64,000 nt of DNA, taken from assembly GCA_964596415.1 (NCBI GenBank), contig CAZQSX010000001.1, positions 37,508-101,507 of the forward strand, given 5' to 3'. This stretch comes from an uncultured Gammaproteobacteria bacterium. GTDB lineage: Bacteria; Patescibacteriota; Microgenomatia; Levybacterales; GWA1-39-11. Shown here piece after piece: positions 18,283 through 28,984 of the stretch. Position 1 is the stretch's first letter, and each line of letters begins with the position of its first letter. The notes beneath the pieces are model-generated. The model saw only the letters and a list, made by a program, of their open reading frames with translations, did not search any database and was not told the origin of the DNA. The position numbers were made by a program, and so were the translations under genes.

Positions 18283-19656
18283 CTAAAGAACAAAGAAGAG
18301 AACCGATCCTGCTACTATAAAAAGTAAAGCTGCTCCTGTCAAGAGGATGCCTTGTTCTGTCGTGCCAGTTTGGGGTAGTGGAATTTTTGTTGGAACAAAA
18401 GTAGTTGGAGTAGGGCTTGCTGGAGTAAGTGTTTCATTTGGCGCTCCAACAGGAATCGATGTAACGGTTATGCCAGTTGGTGTTGGTGTAACCGTTGTAA
18501 GAGGCTCAGAGGTTGGACTCACCGTAACACTTTCTGTAGGTGTAGGCGTTGGAGTGGATGGCGTTAGTGTTGCAGAAGGAGTAGCAGTCTCTGCAATTTG
18601 AGAACCACTTGAAAATACAGAAAATTCCTGTTTAACACTTCTGCCACCGCTTGTAACAGAGATGGTGTGGTCACCGGTTGAGAGTGGTGCACTAGACCTA
18701 AAAGACCAGTTTCCATTAGGCGACGATCTTAATTGTGCTGCATTTTTACCATCAATAGCTATTCTGACAATACTTCCTGCCGGTGCGGTTCCTCTAAATT
18801 GTGGACGAACATCTATAAACGTTTCGTTTTCTTTTGGCGACAACACTTGGAGAGTATTTGAAATATTTGGGTCAGGCTCTTTGAAAAGTGAAGATGGAGT
18901 AGCCAGTAATTGTTCATTTATATCCGCTATGAATTCGTAATTTTCTGATAGACTAATTGGTGGTATTGAGCCATTTGGGATAAAAGTGGTAGTTATCGTA
19001 GATGTTAGATTTTTTTGCAGTGCTTGAATTTGAATATTAATATGTTCAGAAGTATCTAGGTATTTTGTTCCGTCACTCGTTTTTAATAATCGAGCAGGTA
19101 TTGAATAGTTTCCATCATTATCTGTGACAACGGATGTAAGCATTCCATCAGTGGGAGTTATAAGAATTAATGTGTCGGATCCCTTACTACCATCAGGTAA
19201 TAAAATTTTTCCTTGCATGCTTACATCCTCTGGTTTTTCTGATATTTTTTCTGATGTTTTTCCTTGAAACAATTCATCTGATTCTGGGTAGGCAGTTCCA
19301 TTTGAAAGAATTTTATACCCATAATTATTGTTCGGTTTGAGACCGGGAATTGTTATTTCATGGGAAAAATATGCTTTCTTTTCATCCCCATCTCTATCAT
19401 CAAACAATAATGTTTCGGTCCCATCAATCGTTAGAGATATTGCAGAAACTGTTTTTTCATGCGTTGTAAACGCAACAGTAAATGATGAGCCGGTTCTGTT
19501 TGTGACTGAAACATTTTGAGGTTCCTGGTCCGGGGTGGCTCTTGTTATGGTAAAAATTCCTTGATTTATTAAAAGCATTGTAGTTGCTATGCCGCCAATT
19601 AAAAGAAACAGCGCAAAAACTGTTGGTATTCTTCTATCAAAAAATCCTTTTTTCAT
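18283..19656 (-). CDS. LPxTG-type surface protein (FN3-like, carboxypeptidase-regulatory-like and Ig-like domains; T/P/S-rich stalk)
   Basis: N-terminal signal anchor. C-terminal LPQTGTTEQGILLTGAALLFIVAGSVLFFVL carries an LPxTG motif plus a hydrophobic helix. CarboxypepD_reg-like GKILLPDGS...VVTDNDGNYSI. TPSxTP linker. Confidence 0.8.
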   Translation of the reverse strand: MKKGFFDRRIPTVFALFLLIGGIATTMLLINQGIFTITRATPDQEPQNVSVTNRTGSSFTVAFTTHEKTVSAISLTIDGTETLLFDDRDGDEKKAYFSHEITIPGLKPNNNYGYKILSNGTAYPESDELFQGKTSEKISEKPEDVSMQGKILLPDGSKGSDTLILITPTDGMLTSVVTDNDGNYSIPARLLKTSDGTKYLDTSEHINIQIQALQKNLTSTITTTFIPNGSIPPISLSENYEFIADINEQLLATPSSLFKEPDPNISNTLQVLSPKENETFIDVRPQFRGTAPAGSIVRIAIDGKNAAQLRSSPNGNWSFRSSAPLSTGDHTISVTSGGRSVKQEFSVFSSGSQIAETATPSATLTPSTPTPTPTESVTVSPTSEPLTTVTPTPTGITVTSIPVGAPNETLTPASPTPTTFVPTKIPLPQTGTTEQGILLTGAALLFIVAGSVLFFVL

Positions 19657-19660
19657 AATT

Positions 19661-19972
19661 TTAAAACTCTCCTTCTGCGGTTATTGTTGGTATTAAGTTT
19701 TGCTCCAAAAGAAGTGCTGATTTTGAAGATGTTGTCTCTTCCTCTGTTGTTGAGCTAATCGTTGACGGTTGTGATAGGTCAGCTTTTATCTGTTTTCTTT
19801 TTTTTAAATTTGAAATAGTTTCCCTATCAAAAGTTGCCTTGATAGGAACTATTTGAATTTGTGTAACTTCTGAAATTGTTGTTGTTGAGAAGTTGTGATA
19901 AATAGTTACTCCTATCCAAACAAGAACTATGAACGTTGTGAATATAGTAAGATAAACAAGATTTTTTAGCAT
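19661..19972 (-). CDS. small single-TM protein (103 aa), possible pilus-assembly accessory
   Basis: TM helix LVYLTIFTTFIVLVWIGVTIY. Sits between pilO and the LPxTG gene in the same operon-like run. Confidence 0.45.
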   Translation of the reverse strand: MLKNLVYLTIFTTFIVLVWIGVTIYHNFSTTTISEVTQIQIVPIKATFDRETISNLKKRKQIKADLSQPSTISSTTEEETTSSKSALLLEQNLIPTITAEGEF

Positions 19973-19975
19973 AGC

Positions 19976-20611
19976 TTAATTAGTAATATCTTTTGAAAAA
20001 TATACTTTTCCGCCTATAGATGTTTTATATACGTTTCCTGAAATATTTCCCGTTGTTATTCTATCAATACTGATAACTCTATTAAATGAGATGATGGTAT
20101 TAATAAAGCTGTTTATGTTTTTTTCAGCGCCTACTGCTTCAAGCGAGAAAGTATATGAATAGAGATCGTTTGCATTATTCTCAAGCGGAAAAAATTCAAC
20201 AGTACCAGAGGTAAGTGATTGTATATTTACGTTATTATCTTGTGCGATTGTTTCAACCTGTCTCATAAACGTTGGAATTTGTGACGAGGATGGTACCGCA
20301 CCATAAATATAAGGAAGATCTTTTTCTAGTAATTTATATTCTCGAGTCAAATTAGCAAGAGCATTCAGCTTGGTTTCCAAGGCATCAGCTATTTTTTTAT
20401 TATCTTCATACTGTTTATTAAGCGTTGATATTGTTGAAAAGGCAGGCAGAAGAGCAAATATTCCAAAAATAGAAATGGTAAGAAAACTGAAAACAAGGTA
20501 TGTGTATGTAATTACTTTCTCTTTATTTACACCTGTACCCAAAGGAGTACTATTTGGATTTTTTCTTGGTTGAATTATTGGTTGTTGTGTATTTGAAGAT
20601 GTAGGTATCAT
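19976..20611 (-). CDS. pilO: type IV pilus assembly protein PilO-like
   Basis: Short cytoplasmic N-terminus, one TM, a coiled coil (NKQYEDNKKIADALETKLNALANL), then a ferredoxin-like C-terminal region. 4-nt overlap with upstream pilN. Confidence 0.6.
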   Translation of the reverse strand: MIPTSSNTQQPIIQPRKNPNSTPLGTGVNKEKVITYTYLVFSFLTISIFGIFALLPAFSTISTLNKQYEDNKKIADALETKLNALANLTREYKLLEKDLPYIYGAVPSSSQIPTFMRQVETIAQDNNVNIQSLTSGTVEFFPLENNANDLYSYTFSLEAVGAEKNINSFINTIISFNRVISIDRITTGNISGNVYKTSIGGKVYFSKDITN

Positions 20612-21162
20612 ACTTCTTTTTTGTTAGACAATAACTGTACAGTTATTCTGAACCGAACTCCCTGATCAAGCGTTGAAAGCTCCTCCATGGAGATTGTTTC
20701 AACATTTGGATTTTTTTTCAGCGCTTCAACAAATGAGTTAAGAGAAAAAACAGAACTTGCCTGACCATCAATTGCGACTGTGTTGTCAGTAAGGTTTAAA
20801 CTGTTTGAGAGTAGAGCGCTTTGAGAAGCAAGCGAGAGTATGTCTTTTAAGAATTGAACTTTGGTTTGCGTATCAGAGGTTATTGATTGGATAGTATCTA
20901 TGCGTGACTGTAGGTTTCTGAATTGTTTTTCTTGCTGAGCTTGTGCCTGAATAAAAATTTGCTGGTTTTTGATTTCGTCATTCAAGTCTACAATTTTTTG
21001 ATCTATAAAAAACCGATATCCAAGCGCACCAAGCGCGAGAAGCTCTATTACTATTACAATAATTCTTCCTCGGCTAATAGCCCATTTTATAAATATATTT
21101 CCAGTGTTGGTTTCCTTCTTTTTTCCAAGGTTAATATTGAGACGATAGGCGTCATTCTGCAT
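20608..21162 (-). CDS. pilN: type IV pilus assembly protein PilN-like
   Basis: N-terminal ~33-aa cytoplasmic segment (LNINLG), one TM (IIVIVIELLALGALGY), a long coiled coil, and a C-terminal beta-rich domain. Confidence 0.6.
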   Translation of the reverse strand: MQNDAYRLNINLGKKKETNTGNIFIKWAISRGRIIVIVIELLALGALGYRFFIDQKIVDLNDEIKNQQIFIQAQAQQEKQFRNLQSRIDTIQSITSDTQTKVQFLKDILSLASQSALLSNSLNLTDNTVAIDGQASSVFSLNSFVEALKKNPNVETISMEELSTLDQGVRFRITVQLLSNKKEV

Positions 21163-21208
21163 AAATTTAGTTTAGATTGTTTTTGGGGGATTGTCAAAGA
21201 AAAAAAGC

Positions 21209-21529
21209 CTATTTTGTAGTTTTTTTAGAAGTTGTTTTTTTGACTGTTGATTTTGATTCAGGTTTTTTTTCTGTGGTTGTAGGTTTTGTTGTTTTTTTGG
21301 GAAGTAAGGTTGAAATTTTTGATTTTATTCTTGCAGCTTTATTTTTGTGGATAAGGTTTTTCTTAACAGCTTTGTCTACGAAAGAAAATGCAGCTGATGC
21401 AGCTTTTTGGGTTGGATTTTTTGTTGCTTCCTTTACTGCTTTTTCCACAGAAGCTCGAAACAGGTTATTTTCCTTTTCCTGTTTTTTATCTCGTCTCAAT
21501 TTTTTTATTGCAGATTTAATAACTGGCAT
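21209..21529 (-). CDS. rpsT: 30S ribosomal protein S20 with Lys/Thr-rich C-terminal extension
   Basis: MPVIKSAIKKLRRDKKQEKENNLFRASVEKAVKEA... matches the bS20 N-terminus. About 45 extra C-terminal residues (KKTTKPTTTEKKPESK...). Confidence 0.85.
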   Translation of the reverse strand: MPVIKSAIKKLRRDKKQEKENNLFRASVEKAVKEATKNPTQKAASAAFSFVDKAVKKNLIHKNKAARIKSKISTLLPKKTTKPTTTEKKPESKSTVKKTTSKKTTK

Positions 21530-21540
21530 AAATTAATTTG

Positions 21541-21564
21541 TGCCAGTAACATTCTTTACTGGCA
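21541..21564 (-). promoter_or_regulatory. Perfect 9-bp inverted repeat (TGCCAGTAA-6nt-TTACTGGCA) in the rpsT 5' leader, 12 nt upstream of the start codon
   Basis: Seen directly. The 3' arm is also near-complementary to the rpsT start region (ATGCCAGTTA). Confidence 0.6.
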
Positions 21565-21620
21565 TAGTATGAAAAAATCAGCAAAAGCTGCTGACAAGTG
21601 GTATTGTACCATGCTATACT

Positions 21621-21644
21621 TGAAAAATAAAGCCCTGTGGGCTT
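21621..21644 (-). terminator. Intrinsic-terminator-like hairpin on the minus strand (AAGCCC-aca-GGGCTT followed by TATTTTT)
   Basis: 6-bp GC-rich stem with a 3-nt loop and a T-run in minus-strand orientation. No annotated minus-strand gene lies immediately upstream (to the right). Confidence 0.4.
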
Positions 21645-21757
21645 GATTCGAGTTTGTTATTCTGCAGTTATTCCCATATATTCCGGTTTTGTTAGGAATA
21701 TAGATAAGGTTGCAGGATGGGCTTTTTTAAAATTACATAATTTGTAGACAATAATCT

Positions 21758-23401
21758 ATGCGAAAATTTTTTCAGAAAGGTCTTGGTGCGCTCACCTCAA
21801 AGCAAACTAATATTTTCTCTGCTGCTCTATTCATAATACTTACGACCGTATTTTCACAGTTTTTGGGACTTTTTAAATATAGGATTCTTGTTTCATTTTT
21901 TGGCGCATCTGAAGATTTAGGTGTATTTTTTGCTGCGTTTAGAATTCCAGACTTTATCTTTTCAGTCGTTATTGCAGGTGCTCTTTCAACTTCTTTTATT
22001 CCAATTTTTTCTGAATATGTAGCACAAAACAAAAGAAAAGAAGCAGATCTTTTTACCTCAAGTCTTTTAACGCTTGGGGTTCTATTTTATATTGTTGTAA
22101 GTATTATAATTATCATATTTGCACTCCCATTAAGCTCTGTTATCGCGCCTGGATTTTCTCCTGCAGAGCTGAGGCTTATGGCTCAGTTTATGATTGTAAT
22201 TCAGCTTGCACAGTTGTTTTTCATTTTAGGAACTGTTGCTACTGCCGTTCTTCAATCACTGCAACACTTTTTAATTCCCGGAATGGCAACTGCGTTTTAT
22301 AACTTAGGAATTATACTTGGACTACTACTTCTTGCTCCTTTTATCGGAATTTATGCAGCAAGCATAGGTGTTGTGATTGGATCGTTTTTGTTTTTTATTA
22401 TCCAAATACCAGTTCTTATTCATTCAGGGTTTCGGTATAGGCCTATTTTAGATTTTAAAAATGGGGTTATGAAGGTAATTCGCCTTATGGTTCCACGGTC
22501 TATGACTTTAATCGTTACGCAATTTGCAATAACAGCTAATGTTTTCTTTGCCTCATTTTTAGGAGCAAGAAGTCTTGTTATTTTTGATCTCGCGCAAACA
22601 CTCGTGCTAGCTCCTGTTGTTTTGTTTGGTCAATCAATTGCACAAGCGAGCTTTCCGGCTTTATCTCAGAAAACAAATGACAAAGAAACTTTTACGCATA
22701 TTTTTGTATCATCATTTACGCAAATTTTATATCTTACGCTTCCTATATCAGCGCTTCTTGCAGTGCTTCGGATTCCTGTTGTTCGGTTGTTTTTTGGCGC
22801 AAGCAGATTTGACTGGGTTGCAACGGTTGATACTGGACGAACACTCGCTTATTTTTCAGTTGCTATTGCCCCTGCAGCCCTTATTTATTTATTTGCTCGT
22901 GCTTTTTTTGCGTATAAAGACACAAAAACACCACTTATGGTAACGACTATTGCAGTAGGAGTAAATATTTTTCTTTCATACCTATTTTTACTTGTTTTAC
23001 ATCTTCCAATATTTTTTCTTGCAGCAGCGTATTCAATTTCTAACGTTTTAGCAATTGTGTTGTTGTTTATTTTACTTGACAGAAAAATCTTGCTTCCAAA
23101 AAAACAAATAATAACAGTAAGTGTGAAGATAGGCACTTGTGCATTTTTAACGGGAATTGCGCTTTATATTCCCATAAAACTTCTTGATCAATTAGTTTTT
23201 GATACAACAAGAACTATAAACCTAATACTTTTAACCGGAATTGCATCACTTGCTGGGTTTTTAACATACGTATTTTTTACGTGGATATTTAGAATTCAGG
23301 AGGCATCATACGTGTTGGCAGTGTTGAAGCGATTTAGTCAAGGGAAGAGTTCATTACGAGATATTAAAGAGATTATTGATGGTCCCAAGCAAACCCTCTA
23401 A
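21758..23401 (+). CDS. murJ: lipid II flippase MurJ/MviN
   Basis: 547 aa, 14-TM-type profile. N-terminal FSAALFIILTTVFSQFLGLFKYRILVSFFGASEDLGVFFAAFRIPDFIFSVVIAGALS is the canonical MurJ start. Confidence 0.85.
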   Translation: MRKFFQKGLGALTSKQTNIFSAALFIILTTVFSQFLGLFKYRILVSFFGASEDLGVFFAAFRIPDFIFSVVIAGALSTSFIPIFSEYVAQNKRKEADLFTSSLLTLGVLFYIVVSIIIIIFALPLSSVIAPGFSPAELRLMAQFMIVIQLAQLFFILGTVATAVLQSLQHFLIPGMATAFYNLGIILGLLLLAPFIGIYAASIGVVIGSFLFFIIQIPVLIHSGFRYRPILDFKNGVMKVIRLMVPRSMTLIVTQFAITANVFFASFLGARSLVIFDLAQTLVLAPVVLFGQSIAQASFPALSQKTNDKETFTHIFVSSFTQILYLTLPISALLAVLRIPVVRLFFGASRFDWVATVDTGRTLAYFSVAIAPAALIYLFARAFFAYKDTKTPLMVTTIAVGVNIFLSYLFLLVLHLPIFFLAAAYSISNVLAIVLLFILLDRKILLPKKQIITVSVKIGTCAFLTGIALYIPIKLLDQLVFDTTRTINLILLTGIASLAGFLTYVFFTWIFRIQEASYVLAVLKRFSQGKSSLRDIKEIIDGPKQTL

Positions 23402-23406
23402 TTTTA

Positions 23407-23448
23407 TTGTGTAACCTAGCCACATAGATTATAATTGCGAAGGAGAAC
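23407..23448 (+). promoter_or_regulatory. lepA promoter (-35 TTGTGT, 17 nt, -10 TATAAT) and RBS AGGAG
   Basis: TTGTGTaacctagccacatagatTATAATtgcgaAGGAGaactgtATG. Confidence 0.55.
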
Positions 23449-23451
23449 TGT

Positions 23452-25212
23452 ATGAAAAACAACATTAGGAATTTTGCCATCATTGCTCACGTGGATCACG
23501 GGAAGTCTACCCTTGCTGATAGGCTCCTTGTTTTAACGGGGACTATTCGTCGTGAAGATATAGGTGAGCAGTTCTTAGATTCCAGTGAAATTTCCAGAGA
23601 ACGAGGTATTACCATAAAGCTTGCTCCGGTTCGGATGAATTATAGCTTGAACGGGCAAGAGTATATATTAGATTTAATTGATACTCCTGGGCATGTGGAC
23701 TTTTCCTATGAAGTTGTAAGAACGCTTTATGCATGCGAAGGTGCAGTTTTACTCGTGGATGCAACAAAGGGCATTCAAGCTCAAACTGTTGCCAATCTTA
23801 ATTTTGCAAAAAAACTTAACCTAACAATTGTTCCTGCAATTAATAAAATTGACCTTCCTATGGCACGAGTAGACGCCGTTGAGAAAACGATGGTTGATAG
23901 TCTTGGCTTTGAGAAAAGTGAGATCCATTATATTTCTGCAAAAACAGGTGATGGAGTTGAAGACTTACTAACTGCGGTAATCGATAAAATTCCGCCGCCT
24001 AAAGTGTCTGAAAATTCAAAAACGCAAGCTTATATTTTTGACTCAAAATATGATGAGCACAGGGGAATTGTTATCTTCGTTCGGCTTGAGTCTGGTGAAA
24101 TTAAGAAGGGTGATGAAATATTATTTTTAGCAGATAAGACTTCAGCGCAGATTATGGATATAGGCTTTATGAAACCCACCTTTTATTCAAGTGAAAAATT
24201 ATCTGCAGGAGAAGTGGGATACGTTATAACAAACATTAAAGATATTACGCAAGCAAAAGTTGGAGATACCATGACGCTATTAAAAGATCCAGCAGAACCG
24301 CTTCCTGGGTTTTTACCCATGAAACCGTTTGTATATTTATCTATATATCCAAGCTCGAATTCAGAATTTCAGAGCTTACGAAAAGCAATTTATAAATTAA
24401 AGCTTAATGATGCTGCGCTTACTATTTCACCTGAAATGTCTACGATTTTTGGACCAGGATTCAGATGTGGATTTTTAGGACTTTTGCATTCTCAAATTGT
24501 AATTGAGAGGCTTGAAAGGGAAGAAGGAATTGAGGTGTTTACGGCTCCTCCTACCATAGAATATAAAATAGATGGAAAAAGCATAACATCACCAAAAGAT
24601 TTTAATAATGGAGCATTTGAAATGCTTGAACCTTTTATATTGGGTGAAATCTATACTCCCGGTGATTATTTGGGGAACTTACTTGAGATAATAAACAGCA
24701 GGCGAGGTGTACAGAAAAATGTAGAGTATTTTGAAAATTTAGTAAAACTTACATTTGAAATGCCACTTGCTTCAGTGGTCTATGATTTTTATGACAAAAT
24801 AAAATCTGCTTCGAGTGGATTTGCATCTTTTGATTATGAAATAAAAGAATTTAGGCCTTCAAAGCTTGTCAGAGTAGATATATTTGTAAACGAGCAAAAC
24901 ATTCCAGAATTATCATTTATAGTTCACGAGTCAGAGGTAGAGTCGTTCAGCAGAAGAATTGTTGAGATATTAAGTAAGGAAATACCCAGGCATAATTTTG
25001 TGGTTGCAGTGCGTGCGCAAGTAGGAGGGAAAATAATAGCATCAGAAAAAATCTCAGCTTTGAGAAAAGATGTTACTGCAAAATTATATGGAGGGGATAG
25101 AACAAGAAAAGATAAGCTTTTAGAAGCTCAGAAAAAAGGTAAGGCTAAAATGAAAACGATCGGAAATGTGAATGTGCCAAAGGAGGCATTTTTGAGTGTT
25201 TTGAAAGTTTAG
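23452..25212 (+). CDS. lepA: elongation factor 4 (LepA)
   Basis: G1 AHVDHGKSTL, G3 DTPGH, G4 NKID, and a LepA-specific C-terminal domain. 586 aa. Confidence 0.9.
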   Translation: MKNNIRNFAIIAHVDHGKSTLADRLLVLTGTIRREDIGEQFLDSSEISRERGITIKLAPVRMNYSLNGQEYILDLIDTPGHVDFSYEVVRTLYACEGAVLLVDATKGIQAQTVANLNFAKKLNLTIVPAINKIDLPMARVDAVEKTMVDSLGFEKSEIHYISAKTGDGVEDLLTAVIDKIPPPKVSENSKTQAYIFDSKYDEHRGIVIFVRLESGEIKKGDEILFLADKTSAQIMDIGFMKPTFYSSEKLSAGEVGYVITNIKDITQAKVGDTMTLLKDPAEPLPGFLPMKPFVYLSIYPSSNSEFQSLRKAIYKLKLNDAALTISPEMSTIFGPGFRCGFLGLLHSQIVIERLEREEGIEVFTAPPTIEYKIDGKSITSPKDFNNGAFEMLEPFILGEIYTPGDYLGNLLEIINSRRGVQKNVEYFENLVKLTFEMPLASVVYDFYDKIKSASSGFASFDYEIKEFRPSKLVRVDIFVNEQNIPELSFIVHESEVESFSRRIVEILSKEIPRHNFVVAVRAQVGGKIIASEKISALRKDVTAKLYGGDRTRKDKLLEAQKKGKAKMKTIGNVNVPKEAFLSVLKV

Positions 25213-25673
25213 GATTTTAATTTTGCTGCTTCTTGTATGTAAGCTTTTGCATGGTTAAGGATGTTACTAGTTTGCCTTAGCTCAACGTGTGATAATGGCC
25301 TTCTTGCGCCCTGCATTGTACGATTATTCTTTCTTGCTATAATTTCATCTCTATAGCCTTCTCGTAGGGTAGCAACCTCTTCTTGAACGTCAAGAGTGGT
25401 TGTACCTATCTCAATAGAAATGGTAGGATTGCCAATCTCAAAAGAATTGTTAATCCTAACTGCTCTTTTTAGCAAAATATACCATTCGACTTTTTGTGTT
25501 TCTATGTCAGATGTTAAAGGGATGAGTACGGTATCAGCCCTAGACTTATCAGAAGTTTTTGTTTCCCTTTGTGGTGGTTGCGAAGATCGAATTATGTGAT
25601 CTGCATAGTCTAGTAACTCTGCAGGAGTTGGAGCTGGGAGATATCGATCTCTTTGCTCAAGTGCTTGTGACAT
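25209..25673 (-). CDS. hypothetical protein (154 aa)
   Basis: Intact ORF convergent with lepA (4-nt overlap). No motif recognised. Confidence 0.45.
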   Translation of the reverse strand: MSQALEQRDRYLPAPTPAELLDYADHIIRSSQPPQRETKTSDKSRADTVLIPLTSDIETQKVEWYILLKRAVRINNSFEIGNPTISIEIGTTTLDVQEEVATLREGYRDEIIARKNNRTMQGARRPLSHVELRQTSNILNHAKAYIQEAAKLKS

Positions 25674-25741
25674 GAGGAGATTATATAACCTGGAAATGTA
25701 AAGTCAAGAGTTGGGGAAATTAGAGAAACGGATGTTCTCTT

Positions 25742-26839
25742 TCAGAGAATGAAAAGGAAGGCGCCTACCACAACGGCAACTGCTGCGGCACCTGCAACCA
25801 TAAGCGCTGTTTCAAAAGTTCCTGTCACGGGAAGTGTGGGAACAGCTGTTCCGCCTGTACCACCAGTTGATCCACCTGTTGAGCCAGATCCTGAACCTGC
25901 AGTGATGGTAACTGTTTGCGTGCATGATCCAGCTGTGCTTGTGAGCCCTCCATCATCAGTAAGCGTTGCCGTTACGTTATAGGTGCCAGCAGTTGTAAAG
26001 GTATGAGCTATTTGAACATTTACTGAATTTGTTCCAATTCCTCCACCTGTTGTTACAGCTTGGGCAGGTCCGTCTCCAAAGTTGAATGAAGCATTAGAAA
26101 TGGTGCCTCCATTATCTGACCCAGTTGCTGTAAATATGATTGCGTAGGGTGCTGCTCCAGCTGCTGATCTATCAAGTGAAAGTGCGGTGCAGACAGGTGC
26201 TTGGTTTGCCAAAGGAGTCGGGCTTAAAGTTCCTGTGGGATTGGTTCCACCGACTCCACCGGTTGGAGTAGGGGAAAGATTAGTGCCATCAGTTACCGTG
26301 ACAGATGCTGTGCCTCCACCCTGGAGAACGTTTTCTGTTTCACCATCTGCTGAAGCAAGCGAAAATGCTTGTGATGGTGGGGTATCAAACTTAATAATAG
26401 ATGGACCACTTGTTAGTTTTTTACTTTTAACAGTCAAAGTTGCCGCTTTTGTAACGGTTTGGATTGCACGAGCAACATCATTTGATGTTGACATGGCAGC
26501 AGTTACTGTGCCTGATTGGATATCAGGGCCTTTTAAGCTTACTGGAAATGCTGTTTCATTTCTCTCTAGGCTTACAATTTCAAAAACGTCAGGATCAACG
26601 GAGATGGTTACATCTAGAATGGAGACTACGTTTTGTCCAGGATCTACAAAAATATCAAACGTTGCGGTTTCGCCAAGTCCTATTTCAGCAGTTGCCGGTT
26701 GGAATGAAAGGTTTGTGGAAGGCGCAGCTTTAGATTTAAGATTTGTTTGTTGACGAACTACAAAAAGCGTGACAGGAATAACGATTAGTAAAAGAAGTAT
26801 GTTTCCTAAGATAAACCATTTATTTTTTAAAATACCCAT
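25742..26839 (-). CDS. LPxTG-type surface protein with cohesin-like and PKD-like domains
   Basis: Signal anchor (FILGNILLLLIVIPVTLFVV), a cohesin-like domain, a PKD-like region (YNVTATLTDDGGLTS), a Gly/Ser/Thr linker, and C-terminal LPVTGTFETALMVAGAAAVAVVVGAFLFIL. Start taken at the internal Met (MGILKNKWF); the ORF track starts at 26947. The gene is visibly G+C-richer than its surroundings. Confidence 0.75.
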   Translation of the reverse strand: MGILKNKWFILGNILLLLIVIPVTLFVVRQQTNLKSKAAPSTNLSFQPATAEIGLGETATFDIFVDPGQNVVSILDVTISVDPDVFEIVSLERNETAFPVSLKGPDIQSGTVTAAMSTSNDVARAIQTVTKAATLTVKSKKLTSGPSIIKFDTPPSQAFSLASADGETENVLQGGGTASVTVTDGTNLSPTPTGGVGGTNPTGTLSPTPLANQAPVCTALSLDRSAAGAAPYAIIFTATGSDNGGTISNASFNFGDGPAQAVTTGGGIGTNSVNVQIAHTFTTAGTYNVTATLTDDGGLTSTAGSCTQTVTITAGSGSGSTGGSTGGTGGTAVPTLPVTGTFETALMVAGAAAVAVVVGAFLFIL

Positions 26840-26912
26840 AGAACAGGCAAGAAATATGCCTCTATCAGCGTATCCAATTTGGTATGTATTGTCAACTATT
26901 TGAAAAAAACAC

Positions 26913-26966
26913 TTGACAAAGAATGAAGTTTTTCTTAAAATTAGCAATCAGAAGACTAAATTGATA

Positions 26967-26967
<1 letters not shown>
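26913..26967 (+). promoter_or_regulatory. groES promoter (TTGACA-17-TAAAAT) followed by a degenerate CIRCE-like operator TTAGCA-N15-TGATAA
   Basis: acTTGACAaagaatgaagtttttctTAAAATTAGCAatcagaagactaaatTGATAAtg. The outer half-sites match CIRCE TTAGCA/TGCTAA (one mismatch). Confidence 0.55.

Positions 26968-28984
<2,017 letters not shown>

Noticed and set aside
18347-18601. Gly/Val-rich 84-aa ORF on the plus strand (plus similar antisense ORFs at 25749-25982 and 26187-26753)
   Set aside because: These are antisense-frame artefacts of the Thr/Pro/Ser-rich linker regions of the LPxTG surface protein genes on the minus strand.
20923-21536. Plus-strand ORFs 20923-21219 and 21177-21536 (98 and 119 aa)
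   Set aside because: They are antisense to pilN and rpsT and have low-complexity F/L-rich translations typical of reverse frames of AT-rich genes.
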